NCBI GenBank assembly: GCA_030390025.1
Contig: CM059428.1
Span: forward strand, 108,314,001-108,378,000
Direction of reading: 5' to 3'
From: Squalus acanthias
Taxonomy: Eukaryota
Length of the DNA stretch: 64,000 nucleotides
A program made the translations under genes and the position numbers. Below the pieces are notes generated by a model. That model worked only from the letters and a program-made list of their open reading frames with translations, was not told where the DNA came from and made no database searches. This document shows positions 24,048-35,889 of this stretch, piece by piece. Each line of letters starts with the position of its first letter. The first letter of the stretch is position 1.

Positions 24048-27035
24048 GTGGGGGGGGAGGTTTCAAGAGAGCAAAAAATAAAAATGACAACAGAGAGGGT
24101 CATAGACATAGGTAGCAGTAGGGGAATCACAAATCAGAGCGTGGCAGGAAGGGACAGAGTGTGTGGAGTAAAAGGTAAAGTGGTAAAAAGTGACAAAGCA
24201 GGAACTAAGTGCCACAAAGCATATTTGAAAGTTCTCTATCTGAATGCACGTAGCATTCGTAACAAAATAGACGAGTTAATGGCACAAATAACTACATATG
24301 GTTATGATATTGTGGCCATTACAGAAACATGGCTGCAGGGTGACAATGCCTGGGAATTAAACATACCAGGTTATTTAACGATCAGGAAGGACAGGCAGGA
24401 AGGAAGGGGAGGTGGGGTGGCTATGTTAATAAAGGAAGGAATCACTGTAATACAGAGTAATGATATTGGGTCAAAAAATCATGATAATGAAACAGTTTGG
24501 GTGGAGATAAGGAATAATAAGGGGAAAAAAACACTAGTGGGCGTAGTCTATAGGCCTCCGAACAGTTGCAACTCTGTTGGACGGAGTATCAATCAGGAAA
24601 TAGTTGAGGCATGTAATAAGGGAACATCTATAATTATGGGGGATTTTAACTATCATATTAATTGGACAAATCAAATGGGGCAGGGCTGCCTTGAGGATGA
24701 GTTCATTGAGTGTATTAGGGATGGGTTTCTTGAGCAGTATGTAACTGAACCGACCAGGGGGCAAGCAACCTTAGATCTGGTCCTGTGTAACGAGACAGGA
24801 TTAATTAAAAATGTCCTAGTAAAGGATCCCCTTGGAATGAGTGACCATAACATGGTTGAATTCCATATTCAATTAGAGGGTGAGAAGGTTGGATCTCAAA
24901 CAAGCGTGCTAAGCTTGAATAAAGGAGACTATGAAGGTATGCGAGCGGAATTGAGTAGAGTGGATTGGGAAAATAGATTAAAGGGTAAGACGACACATGA
25001 TCAGTGGTGTACATTCAAAGAGTTATTTTACAACTTCCAAAAAAAATATATTCCACTGAAAAGAAAAGGGTGTAAAAGAAAGGACAGTCATCCGTGGCTA
25101 AGTAAAGAAATTAAGGATAGTATTCGACTAAAAACAAGGGCATATAAGGTAGCGAAATCTAGTGGGAGGACAGAGGATTGGGAAAACTTTAAAAGGCAGC
25201 AAAAAATAACAAAAAGATTGATTAAGAAAGGGAAGATAGATTATGAAAGTAAATTAGCAAAAAATATAAAAACAGATAGTAAGAGTTTTTATAGTTATAT
25301 AAAAAGAAAAAGGGTGGCTAAAGTAAATGTTGGTCCCTTAGAGGATGAGACCGGGAAATTAATGGTGGGAAATATGGAGATGGCAAAAACACTGAATGAA
25401 TATTTTGTATCAGTCTTTACAGTAGAGGACACTAAGAATATCCCAACACTGGACAAACAGGGGGCTATAGGGGGAGAGAAGCTAAACACGATCAAAATCA
25501 CTAAGGAAGTGGTACTCGGTAAAATAATGGGACTCAAGGCGGATAAATCACCTGGACTTGATGGCTTACATCCTAGAGTCTTGAAGGAAGTGGCGGTAGG
25601 GATTGTAGATGCATTGGTAATAATTTTTCAAAACTCCCTGGATTCCGCTAAGGTCCCGGCAGACTGGAAAACTGCTAATGTAACACCCTTATTTAAAAAG
25701 GGCAGTAGACAGAAGGCTGGTAACTATAGACCGGTTAGCCTAACATCTGTGGTAGGTAAAATTTTGGAGTCCATTATTAAGGAAACAGTAACAGGACATT
25801 TGGATAATCATAATTTAATAGGACAAAGTCAGCATGGTTTTACGAAGGGGAAGTCATGTTTGACAAATTTGCTGGAGTTCTTTGAGGAAGTAACATATAG
25901 AGTGGATAAAGGGGAACCAGTGGACGTAGTGTATTTAGACTTCCAAAAGGCATTTGACAAGGTGCCACACAAAAGATTATTGCTTAAGGTAAAAAATCAC
26001 GGGATTGGGGGTAATATTCTGGCATGGATAGAGGATTGGCTATCTAACAGAAAGCAAAGAGTTGGGATAAATGGTTCATTCTCAGACTGGCAATCAGTAA
26101 CTAGTGGTGTTCCACAGGGGTCAGTGCTGGGTCCCCAACTCTTTACAATCTATATTAACGATTTGGAGGAAGGGACCAAGTGTAACATATCAAAATTTGC
26201 AGATGATACAAAGATGGGAGGGAAAGTAGTGAGTGAGGAGGACATAAAAAACCTGCAAGGGGACATAGACAGGCTAAGTAAGTGGGCAGAGATTTGGCAG
26301 ATGGAATACAACACTGGAAAGTGTGAGGTGATGCACTTTGGCAGGAAAAATCCTAGAGCAATTTATTATCTTAATGGCAAGAAACTGGAGAGTACTGAAG
26401 TGCAAAGGGATCTGGGGGTCCTGGTGCACGAAACTCAAAAGGTTAGTATGCAGGTGCAGCAAGTGATTAAGAAGGCAAATGGAATGTTGGCTTTCATTGC
26501 TAGGGGGATAGAATATAAAAATAGGGAGGTATTGCTTCAGTTGTACAAGGTATTGGTGAGACCGCACCTGGAATACTGCATACAGTTTTGGTGTCCTTAC
26601 TTAAGGAAAGACATCCTTGCTCTCGAGGCAGTGCAAAAAAGGTTCACTCGGTTAATCCCGGGGATGAGGGGGTGGTCATATGAGGAGAGGTTGGGTAGAT
26701 TGGGACTCTACTCATTGGAGTTCAGAAGAATGAGAGGCGATCTTATTGAAACATATAAGATTGTGAAGGGGTTGGATCGGGTGGATGCGGGGAGGATGTT
26801 ACCGATGACGGGTGAGACTAGAACTAGGGGACATAGTCTTAGAATAAGGGGCTGCTCTTTCAAAACTGAGATGAGGAGGAACTACTTCACTCAGAGGGTG
26901 GTAGGTCCATGGAATATGCTGCCACAAAAAGCTGTAGAAGCTACATCATTAAATAAATTTAAAACAGAAATAGACAGTTTCCTAGAAGTAAAGGGCATTA
27001 AGGGTTACGGGGAGCGGGCAGGAATTTGGACATGA
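24048..27035 (+). CDS. CR1 ORF2p: APE endonuclease plus reverse transcriptase
   Basis: LYLNARSI, AITETWL, VYRPP, GDFN, SDH; [42 protein letters not shown]; true start uncertain (GTG 24048, ATG 24084 or frameshift). Confidence 0.95.
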   Translation: MGGEVSREQKIKMTTERVIDIGSSRGITNQSVAGRDRVCGVKGKVVKSDKAGTKCHKAYLKVLYLNARSIRNKIDELMAQITTYGYDIVAITETWLQGDNAWELNIPGYLTIRKDRQEGRGGGVAMLIKEGITVIQSNDIGSKNHDNETVWVEIRNNKGKKTLVGVVYRPPNSCNSVGRSINQEIVEACNKGTSIIMGDFNYHINWTNQMGQGCLEDEFIECIRDGFLEQYVTEPTRGQATLDLVLCNETGLIKNVLVKDPLGMSDHNMVEFHIQLEGEKVGSQTSVLSLNKGDYEGMRAELSRVDWENRLKGKTTHDQWCTFKELFYNFQKKYIPLKRKGCKRKDSHPWLSKEIKDSIRLKTRAYKVAKSSGRTEDWENFKRQQKITKRLIKKGKIDYESKLAKNIKTDSKSFYSYIKRKRVAKVNVGPLEDETGKLMVGNMEMAKTLNEYFVSVFTVEDTKNIPTLDKQGAIGGEKLNTIKITKEVVLGKIMGLKADKSPGLDGLHPRVLKEVAVGIVDALVIIFQNSLDSAKVPADWKTANVTPLFKKGSRQKAGNYRPVSLTSVVGKILESIIKETVTGHLDNHNLIGQSQHGFTKGKSCLTNLLEFFEEVTYRVDKGEPVDVVYLDFQKAFDKVPHKRLLLKVKNHGIGGNILAWIEDWLSNRKQRVGINGSFSDWQSVTSGVPQGSVLGPQLFTIYINDLEEGTKCNISKFADDTKMGGKVVSEEDIKNLQGDIDRLSKWAEIWQMEYNTGKCEVMHFGRKNPRAIYYLNGKKLESTEVQRDLGVLVHETQKVSMQVQQVIKKANGMLAFIARGIEYKNREVLLQLYKVLVRPHLEYCIQFWCPYLRKDILALEAVQKRFTRLIPGMRGWSYEERLGRLGLYSLEFRRMRGDLIETYKIVKGLDRVDAGRMLPMTGETRTRGHSLRIRGCSFKTEMRRNYFTQRVVGPWNMLPQKAVEATSLNKFKTEIDSFLEVKGIKGYGERAGIWT

Positions 27036-28191
27036 GTCTAGGTTCGGATCGGTCATGGCCCTGTGGGTAGTGGAGCGGGCCCAGGGACCGTGTAGCCTGA
27101 TTCTGCAAACTACAAAGTGTCAGTTGCGAAGAGGCTTCAAGAGGATCTCGACAGGCTCAGTGAGTGGGCGAGAACATGGCAGATGGAATATAATGTGGAT
27201 AAATGTGAAGTTATCCACTTTGGTAGAAAAAAAACAGAAAGGCAGAGTAGTTCCTAAATGGTGAAAGATTGGGGAATGCAGATGCTCAAAGGGATCTGGG
27301 TGTCCTTGTACATGAGTCACTGAAAGTGAATGTGCAGGTGCAGCAAGCCATTAGGAAGGCAAATGGTATACTGGCCTTCATTACAAGAGGATTTGAGTAC
27401 AGGAGTGAAGAAGTCTTACTCCAATTATATAGGGCCTTGGTGAGACCACACCTCGAGTACTGTGTACAATTTTGGTTTTCTGACCTAAGGAAGGATATAC
27501 TTGCCACAGAGGGAAGTGCAACGAAGGTTCACGAGATTGATTCCTGGGATGGTGGGACTGTCGTATGAGAAGAGATTGAGTAAACTAGGCCTGTACTCTC
27601 TTGAATTCAGAAGAATGAGGGGAGATCTCATTGAAGCATACAAATAATAACAGGGCTTGATAGGATGGATGCTGGGAGAATGTTTCCCTTGGCTGAGGAG
27701 TCTAGAACCAGGGGCCACAGCCTCAAGATAAAGGGTAGGCCATTCAGGACTGAGATGAGAAGAAATTTCTTCACACAGAGGGTGGTGAATCTTTGGAATT
27801 CTCTACCCCAGAGGGCTGTGGAGGCTCAGTCATTGGGTATATTCAAAACAGAAGTCGATAGATTTCTGACTCGTAAGGGCATCAAGGGATATGGTGATAG
27901 GGCCGGTGAATGGCGTTGAGGCAGAAGATCAGCCATGATCTCATTGAATGGCGGAGCAGGCTCGAAGGGCTGAATGGCCTACTCCTGCTCCTATTTCTTA
28001 TGTTCTTATGTTCCTCACAAATTACATTTCCACCCAGCTTTGTATCATCACCAAACTTAGATATATTACACTTGGTCCCCTCATCCAAATCATTGATGTA
28101 GATTGTGAATATCTGATGCCCAAGCACTGATCCTTGCGGTACCCCACTAGTTACAGCCTGCCAACCCGAAAATGACCTGTTTATTCCTACT

Positions 28192-31100
28192 TGTGGAGAA
28201 ATAGTCCAGGAGGGAAAGCTTCAGATTCCTGGGGCTTTGGGACCAGTACAATGTGGACGGGTTGCACATCAACAGGGCTGGGACCAATGTTCTCGAAGCG
28301 AACTTGTGCTGTTCGGGAGGATTTAAACTAATTTGTGAGGAAGCGGGTCACCAGGATGAAGCATGAGAGAGGAGATACAAGGTGCACAGAAGACTGGAAG
28401 AGAAAAATAGCATTAGAATAAAGAGCAGTTCAGAAATAGGAGGTATAAAACAGGAGGGAAATATGAGGCAGACTAAGATAGGTTTAGCGTGTGTAAATGC
28501 ATGGAGCGTGGTAAATAAGGTTGGTGAGCTGCAGACACAAGTAGGTACATGCGATTATAATATAGTGGCAATAATGCAGAACTGGCTCATTCAAGGGAGA
28601 AAGGGTCACTTCATATTCCTGATTACAATGTATTCAGGAAAAATAGGGAAGGTAAAAAAATTAGGCGGGTGGCAGTATTGATCAACTATACTGTTGCAGC
28701 ACTAGAAAGGGTTGATGTACTTGAGGGTTCAAAGACAAAATCTATTTGGTTAGAATTAAGGAACAATAGAGAAGCTATTACACTGCTGGGTGTATACTAT
28801 AGGCCACCAAATAGTGGGAAGGAGATAGAGGAACAAATTTGCAGGCAAATTGCAGGAACTTTAGAGTCGTGATAATGGGGGAATTCAATTATCCTAAAAT
28901 AGACTGGGGAAAAAAAAGTGTAAAGGGCAAAGAGGGGAAAGAATTCCTGAAATGTTTTTTTTAAATATGCGTTCATGGGATGTGGGCGTTGCTGGCAAGG
29001 CCAGCATTTATTGTCCATCCCTAATTGCCCTTCAGAAGGTAGTGGTGAGCCGCTTTCTTGAACCGCTGCAGTCCGTGTGGTGAAGGTACTCCCACAGTGC
29101 TGTTAGGGAGGGAGTTCCAGGATTTTGACCTAGTGACGATGAAGCAACAGCGATATATTTCCAAGTCAGGATAGTGTGGGACTTGGAGGGGAACTTGGAG
29201 GTGGTGGTGTTCCCATGCGCCTGCTGCCCTTGTCCTTCTAGGTGGTAGAGGTCGTGGGTTTGGGAGGTGCTGCCGAAGAAGCCTTGGCGAGTTACTGCAG
29301 TGCATCTTGTAGATGGTACACACTGCAGTCATGGTACGCCAGTGGTGGAGGGAGTGAATATTTAAGGTGGTGGTTGGGGTGCCAATCAAGCGGGCTGCTT
29401 TGTCTTGGATGGTGTCGAGCTTCTTGAGTGTTGTTGGAGCTGTACTCATCCAGACAAGTGGAGAGTATTCCATCACACTCCTGACTTGTACCTTGTAGAT
29501 GGTGGAAAGGCTTTGGGGAAGTCAGGAGGTGAGACACTTGCCACAGAATACCCAGCCTCTGACCTGCTCTCATGGCCACATTATTTACGAGGCTGGTCCA
29601 GTTAAGTTTCTGGTCAATGGTGACCCCCAGGATATTGATGGTGGGGGATTTGGCAATGGTAATGCCGTTGAATGTCAAGGGGTGGTGGTTAGACGCTCGC
29701 TTGTTGGAGATAGTCATTGCCTGGCACTTGTGTGGTGCGAATGTTACCTGCCACTTATCAGCCCAAGGCTGAATGTTGTCCAGGTCTTACTGCATGCGGG
29801 CATGGACTGCTTCATTATCTGAGGAGTTGCGAATGGCACTGAACACTGTGCAGTCATCAGCGACCAACCCACTTCTGACCTTATGATGGAGAGAAGGTCA
29901 TTGATGAAGCAGCTGAAGATGGTTGGGCCTAGGGCACTGCCCTGAGGAACTCCTGCAGCGATGTCCTGGGGCTGTGATGATTGACCTCCAACCACCACAA
30001 CCATCTTCCTTTGTGCTAGGTATGACTCCAGCCAGTGGAGAGTTTTCCCCCCCGATTCCCATTGACTTCAGTTTTACTAGGGCTCCTTGTTGCCACACTC
30101 AATCAAATGCTGCCTTAATGTGAAGGGTAGTCACTCTTGCCTCACCGCTGGAATTCAGCTCTTTTGTCCATGTTTGGACCAAGGCTGTAATGAGGTCTGG
30201 AGCAGAGTGGTCCTGGCGGAACCTAAACTAGGCATCACTGAGCAAGTTATTGGTGAGTAAGTGCCACTTGATAACACTGTCGACGACACCTTCCATCACT
30301 TTGCTGATGATTGAGAGTAGACTGATGGGGCGGTAATTGACCGGATTGGATTTGTGCTGCTTTTTGTGGACAGGACATACCTGGACAGTTTGTGCACAAG
30401 AGAACTTCCTTGATCAGTATATTTCCAGCTCAACGAGGAAGGAAGCAGTGCGGTTTCAGTGGGGGAACATTTGGGGATCAGTGATCACAATGTCATTAGG
30501 TTTAGAGTAGTTATGGAAAAGGACAAAGAAAAATCAAATGTGAAAATATTCAACTGGAGGAAAGCTAATTTCAGGGAGTTGAAAAGGGATTTGGCCCAGG
30601 TGGGCTGGAATCAAAGACTGCCAGATAATACAATAAATAAGCAATGGGAGGCCTTCACAGAGGAGATAGTTCGGGTACAGACTAGACACATACGCATGAG
30701 GGAAAAAGGAAAGACATCAAAAGCTAGAGCTCCCTGGATGAGTAAAGATATAAAGATTAAAATGCAACAGAAAAAGGCGGCTTGTGACAAATGTCACGTT
30801 CATAATTAAGTAGTGAACCAAGCTGAATACAAAAAGTACAGGGGAGCACTGAAAAGAGTAACAAGAGGAGCAAGAGAGTATGAGAATAGATTAGGAGGTA
30901 ACATAAAAGGGAACCCAAAAAAGTCTTTTATAAACATATGAATAGTAAAAGGGTAGTCAAAGGAAAGATGATTAAGGACTAAAAAGGAGATCTTCTTGTG
31001 GAGGCAGAGGGCATAGCTGAGGTACCAAATGAGTATTTTGCATTTGTCTTCACTAAAGAGGATGCTGCCAATGTTGCAGTAAAGGAGGAGGTAGTAAAGA

Positions 31101-32100
31101 AATTGGTTAGGATAAAAATAGATAAAGAGGATATACTTAAAAGGTTGGCAGTGGTTACTGAGAGAAGCAAGGGTGAAAATTGCAGAGGCTCTGGCCACAT
31201 TCTTCCAATCCTCCTTAGAAAAAGGGGAATGTTGCCCGAGGACTGGAGGATTGCAAATGTTACACTCCTGTTTAATTAAAGGGAGAGGGATAAACCTGGC
31301 AACTGCAGGCCATTCAGCCGAACGTTAGTGGTGGGGAAATTAGAGACAATAATCTGGGACAAAAAGAATTGGCACTTGGAAAAATATGGGCTAATAAATT
31401 AAAGCCAGCATGGATTTGTTAAAGGCAAATCCTGTTTGACTAACTAGATTGAATTGTTTGATGAAGTAATGGAGAGGCAGGACAAGTTGAGAAGGCTTTT
31501 AAAAAAGGCAAAGGGGATCCTTGGCTTGATAAATAGAGGCATAGAGTAAAAAACAAGGAAGTTATGCTAAACCTTTATAAAACACTGGTTAGGCCCCAGC
31601 TGAAGTATTGTGGCCAATTCTGGGCACCACACTTTGAGGATGTCAAGGTCTTGGAGAGGGTGCAGAGGAGATTTACTAGAATGGTACTAGGAATGCTGAA
31701 CTTCAGCTCCGAAGAGACTCGAGAAACTAGGATTCTCCTTCAAGCAGAGAAGGTTAAATGGAGATTTGGTAGGTGTTCAAAATTATGAAGGGTTTTGATA
31801 GAGTAAATAAGGTGAAACTGTTTCCATTGGCAGGAGGGTTGGTAACCAGAGGACACAGATTTAAGATAATTGACAAAAGAACCAGAAGTGAGATGAGGAA
31901 AAGTTTTTTTTTTTTTTTTACGCAGCGAGTCATGATGACCTGGAATGCACTGCCTGGTAGAGTGGTGGAAGCAGATTCAACAGTAACTTTCAAAAGGGAA
32001 TTGGATGAATATTTGAAACTGAAAACTTTTCAGGACTATGGGGAAAGAGCAGGGGAGTAGGATAATTGGATAGCTCTTTCAAAGAGCCAGCACAGGCTAA
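28192..32100 (+). mobile_element. Older CR1 (ORF1 end through 3' end) with internal deletions and a LINE insertion
   Basis: DGLH remnant, tttaaactaa junction, LACVNAWSVVNK, YYRPPNS, SDHNVIRF, LYKTLVRPQL. Confidence 0.85.
28955..30390 (-). mobile_element. Non-LTR retrotransposon 3' part, CR1-Zenon-like (clade tentative)
   Basis: WQQGALVKL, AGVPQGSALGP..F..FIND, ILGVTIDQKLNW, MEYSPLVW, LDTIQDKAARLI; tail gggcaattagggatggacaataaatgctggccttgccagc. Confidence 0.8.
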
Positions 32101-34690
32101 TATAAGAGGTTAAGAAAGGAATAAGGAAAGTAAGGAAGGAGTACAAGAGAACCTCAAAAATTAGAAAGAACAGTAAAATATTCTACAAATATATCAGCAT
32201 GGTGATTATTAACTGTGAGCTAGGACCCCCTCATCGCAGAGGATAGTGAGTTGGCAGGGATGCATATAAAGTACTGTTGATTAAAAGCGAGATGCGAGAT
32301 ATAATAAATAAAAGGAAAGTATTGGAGAAGTTGGTTATTCTAATGGAGGACATGTACTCGACAGGTATTGCACCTTTATTGAAGTACATCTGCATGGAAA
32401 AAAATTGGGATTCAAAGGTACCCCTGCTTTTAATGGAAATCGGAAAAAGTGCTGGGACTTGATGGGACACATCCAAAGATCTGGAGAGAAATGTAGAAAG
32501 AAATAGTGGAGGCCCTGGAAATTTTCTTTCGGGGCTCTATTGAGAATGGATATGTACTGTAGAGTGGCCAATGTAATACGCATTTTAAAAAAACGGATAT
32601 ATAGCTAATCCTGCTAATTAGAGACCAGTTAGTTTAACATCAGTAGTAGGGAGAATTTTTGAATCTTGAATTAACAACTTGCATTTATATAGTACCTTTA
32701 ACATAGTAAAATGTCACACAGCACTTATAGATGAAATCACTAAATATCTGGATGAAAATCAGCAAAGATGGATTTTTAGAAAGGAAGATCATGCTTGACA
32801 TACCTGATTGAGGCCTTTGAAGAGGTGATGGGTATGATGGATGGGGGATGTGTGTACATGGACTTTCAGAAGGTACCATACCAGAGACTATTGGAGAAGA
32901 TTAAAGTGTATGGAATTAGTGGGGAAGAGTAGCAAATTGGATTTAAAACTGGTTATGAGAGAGTAAACAGAGAGTAGGAGTTAATAAACAGTTTCTCAAA
33001 GTGGTTGGAAATGGGTAGCAGTGTCCCAGGAACTATTGATGTTCACGGTGTACATCAATGTTTTGGATAGAAGACTAGAGGGAGTGGTATCCAAATTTGC
33101 AGACAATACTAAAGTAGGAGGCATAGTAAATAATTCTGAGGACCAAAGGAATGGCAAGAAGATATTGATAAGGTGATGGAATGGGCAAAAACGTGGCAGA
33201 GATGGAATTCAATGTTAATAAATGTGAGGTGTTACATTTTGTTAAAAAAAACATTATACTTTGAAAGGAGGAAGACTGGATGTTATGGAAAAGCAGAGGG
33301 ATGTGACTGTTCGGGTTCATGTTCACAAGACATTAAATGCAGTACCTCAAGTGGGCCGGGCCATAAAAAGCTAATGGAATATTGGATTTTATTACAAGAG
33401 AGATAGGCCCTGAATTTGCGGTCGGAGGCTTACCGCCAGAGTACGCCTCCAACCCGCGAAACATCTACGAACCTACCTCCTGACTCCAAAGCTACGGAGA
33501 TTCCATGCATATGCCTGCATAAAGGCCCACGGAGACCAGGGACGCAGGCGGTTCGGAAGTGTCCTTGGGATCACGTGGGCCCGGTCCTCCAATGAGAAAG
33601 GAGGATTCCATTGCAGTTATTTCCGAACGGATTCCCCCAATAACATGCAATGGAATCCCCAAATAATTAAACAATTTAGACAACTCTAATCAATATAAAT
33701 GTTCTGACTTTCAAATTTAATTAAAATGATTATACCAAATACAATAAAAAATTTATTTTTTGAAAAATAATTTTAAACATTTTAACCCGGGCCAATATTT
33801 GCATAAACTCAGTTTAAGTGTTTGTGCATCATTTTAAAATTTTTAATTAAGATTTATAACCCTTACGCTGGTGAAAGCAGGCCCTACGCCTGCTTTTACC
33901 AGCCGTAAGAGTTTCGTGGGTAATTGCTGGGCAGTAGCCCAACTCTGCGCCAGCAAAAGTGATTTTCCAGTCGGTTCATATAACCTGTCAAGGCGTACCT
34001 TGACAGATCGCAAGTTCTGAGTTTTCACGCATGCGCCGCGCATGCAGAAACCTGGAACTTGTGGGGCCTTTCTGAAGGATTACAACAGCATACGCTGAGC
34101 GTATGCCAAAGACACCGTAAATTCTGGCCCGTTGAATATTGAAGTTTAGCTACAATGATAAATCTACATAAAGCCTGAGGAAGACCACAGTTAGAGTCCC
34201 ACAGTATAGGGAAGATGTTGAGGCAAGAGAGAGAGAGTACAGCACAGATCACTAGGATGCTGCTTTGGTATGAGGAAATACAAATACAAAAGACTTGAAA
34301 GATTGGGGCTGGTTTAATAAAGACAAAGGACATTACAGGGTGATGTGGTTGAGGTGTTTAAAATTATGAAGGAATGGGACAGAATAGATAGAAACAGACT
34401 ATTCCCTGTAACAGAAGGGACATGTATATAAAATTAAATGCAAGAAATTGAGGACTGAGCAGAATAACTTTTTTTTATACAGTGGGTTGTGAGGATGTTG
34501 AATACTAGAGTTAGTATTTGAAGCAGAAACCAAGTCAATATTTAAGAACAAGTTAGATAGGTAGTTGAAGGAAACGGGAATATGAGATATGGGAACCAGG
34601 CAGGTACATGCAAAAAGGACGACTGTGGAAAATAAACACAAGCATGGGCTGGTTGGACCAAACCGTCTGTTGTAATTTTTATGCAATTCT
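32100..34690 (+). mobile_element. Highly decayed CR1, interrupted by a MITE
   Basis: Remnants of RPVSLTSVVG, YMDFQK, SKFADNTK and a CR1-type tail near 34650. Confidence 0.65.
33406..34130. mobile_element. Harbinger-like multi-hairpin MITE (diverged copy)
   Basis: Imperfect TIR ggccctgaatttgcgg / ccgtaaattctggccc; central hairpin ctggtgaaagcaggc...gcctgcttttaccag. Confidence 0.75.
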
Positions 34691-35507
34691 ATGATCGCTG
34701 CCAGAGCATGACCAATTTTAGCCTTTTCCTGAAGTACCCTTATGATCAGTCCATCCAGCCTGTGGTCTCATCTTCATATACAGTGCCATCAACATTTATC
34801 AGTAATTACTATTATGTTTAAATTTGGTCACTTCCAGCAGAGAGTCAGTGGCTTCTTCAGTGAACAGTAGTATAAAGAAACTGTTCAGGACATCAGCTGA
34901 CGGTTACCAGCTCCCCATCAATGCCTTTCAAAAGGCTTGACTACTCCCTTGACTTAGTTTACTATGGATGTTTTCACATTCTCTGCAATCATACTCTCGT
35001 TGTCTATTTTTGCCTAACTAACCTGTTTCTTAAACAGTCTTCTATTTTTATATTTCTGTCTACCGCTGAGTTTGAAGATTTATATTTGAGGAAAATTCTC
35101 TTTTTTGCCATTATTTGTGGTGTAACCTCCCTTGCTTACATATTGGTTTCCTCTTATTGCTACTATGTTTCTTACATAGTAGCGTAAATTCAAAATTACC
35201 ACTGACTGCGTGGCTTATTCAACAAATTAAGTTAAGAAAAATTCTGCAGCACTCTTAGAAATATGCAATGCTTCAATTTTTTCTGTTGCCCCAGTCAATA
35301 ATAATTAAATTCATCCCATGATTAATCTTTTAGACATTTTACAGGTTTTCTTAATTTACAGGTTTTCTTTTTCCCTGAATATCCTCTCCTCCTGTCTTGG
35401 AGATCTACAACAATGAACAATTACTTCCCTTTACTAACCTTGACCTCAATTCACATTAGTGAGAAGTCGCACAACACCAGGTTATAGTCCAACAGCTTTA
35501 TTTGAAA

Positions 35508-35544
35508 TCACAAGCTTTCGGAGCGCTGCTCCTTCGTCAGGTGA
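35508..35544 (-). ncRNA. Minimal type I hammerhead ribozyme motif (mirror copy)
   Basis: Exact reverse complement of 35555-35591. Confidence 0.82.
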
Positions 35545-35554
35545 AGGAGCTCCT

Positions 35555-35591
35555 TCACCTGACGAAGGAGCAGCGCTCCGAAAGCTTGTGA
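35555..35591 (+). ncRNA. Minimal type I hammerhead ribozyme motif
   Basis: UCAC-CUGACGA-A-GGAGC(AGC)GCUCC-GAAA-GCUU^GUGA. Confidence 0.82.
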
Positions 35592-35889
35592 TTTCAAATA
35601 AAGCTGTTGGACTATAACCTGGTGTTGTGCGACTTCTCACTTTTGTCCACCCCAGTCCAACACCGGCATCTCCGCATCATGATCAATTCACATTGTCAGA
35701 GCTACAACAGGTAAGGTACATAAAGTACTTTTTTTCTACGGATACAAGTTTCTTCCTCACCCATACTGCCACTCCTTCACCTGCTCTTCTGCACCAGTCC
35801 ATTCTTTAAACTCCATACTCTGGTTCTTTAATCTGTCTCTATTTTTATTACATTGCACTTTTTCCTTCTACACACGTGCACCATTAGAA

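Larger units (their letters stand above)
22993..27120 (+). mobile_element. Coding-intact CR1 LINE (inner)
   Basis: Uninterrupted ORF1 (318 aa) and ORF2 (995 aa); short 5' leader; non-canonical 3' end; no TSD found. Confidence 0.93.
21583..28011 (+). mobile_element. CR1 LINE (middle), pieces 21583-22992 and about 27124-28011
   Basis: ORF1 SGNH C-terminus (VMVHFGTND, DGLHL), APE domain (LYLNARSI, AITETWL, GDFN), RT C-terminus and ttcttatgttc tail. Confidence 0.8.
20790..28190 (-). mobile_element. CR1 LINE (outer), in two pieces: 20790-21582 and 28012-28190
   Basis: One piece ends GGNVICEE and the other starts [12 protein letters not shown], which are contiguous in CR1 ORF2. Confidence 0.8.
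35458..35682 (+). mobile_element. Penelope-derived fold-back element, family A (184-bp loopless palindrome plus 41-nt tail)
   Basis: Palindrome 35458-35641 centred 35549/35550; 12-bp TSD tcaattcacatt (35446-35457, 35683-35694). Confidence 0.9.

Noticed and set aside
22990-27125. Weak inverted similarity at the ends of the intact CR1 (tttatagttt versus aaactacaaa) suggesting TIRs
   Set aside because: Only about 10 bp, imperfect and without a TSD; compatible with chance.
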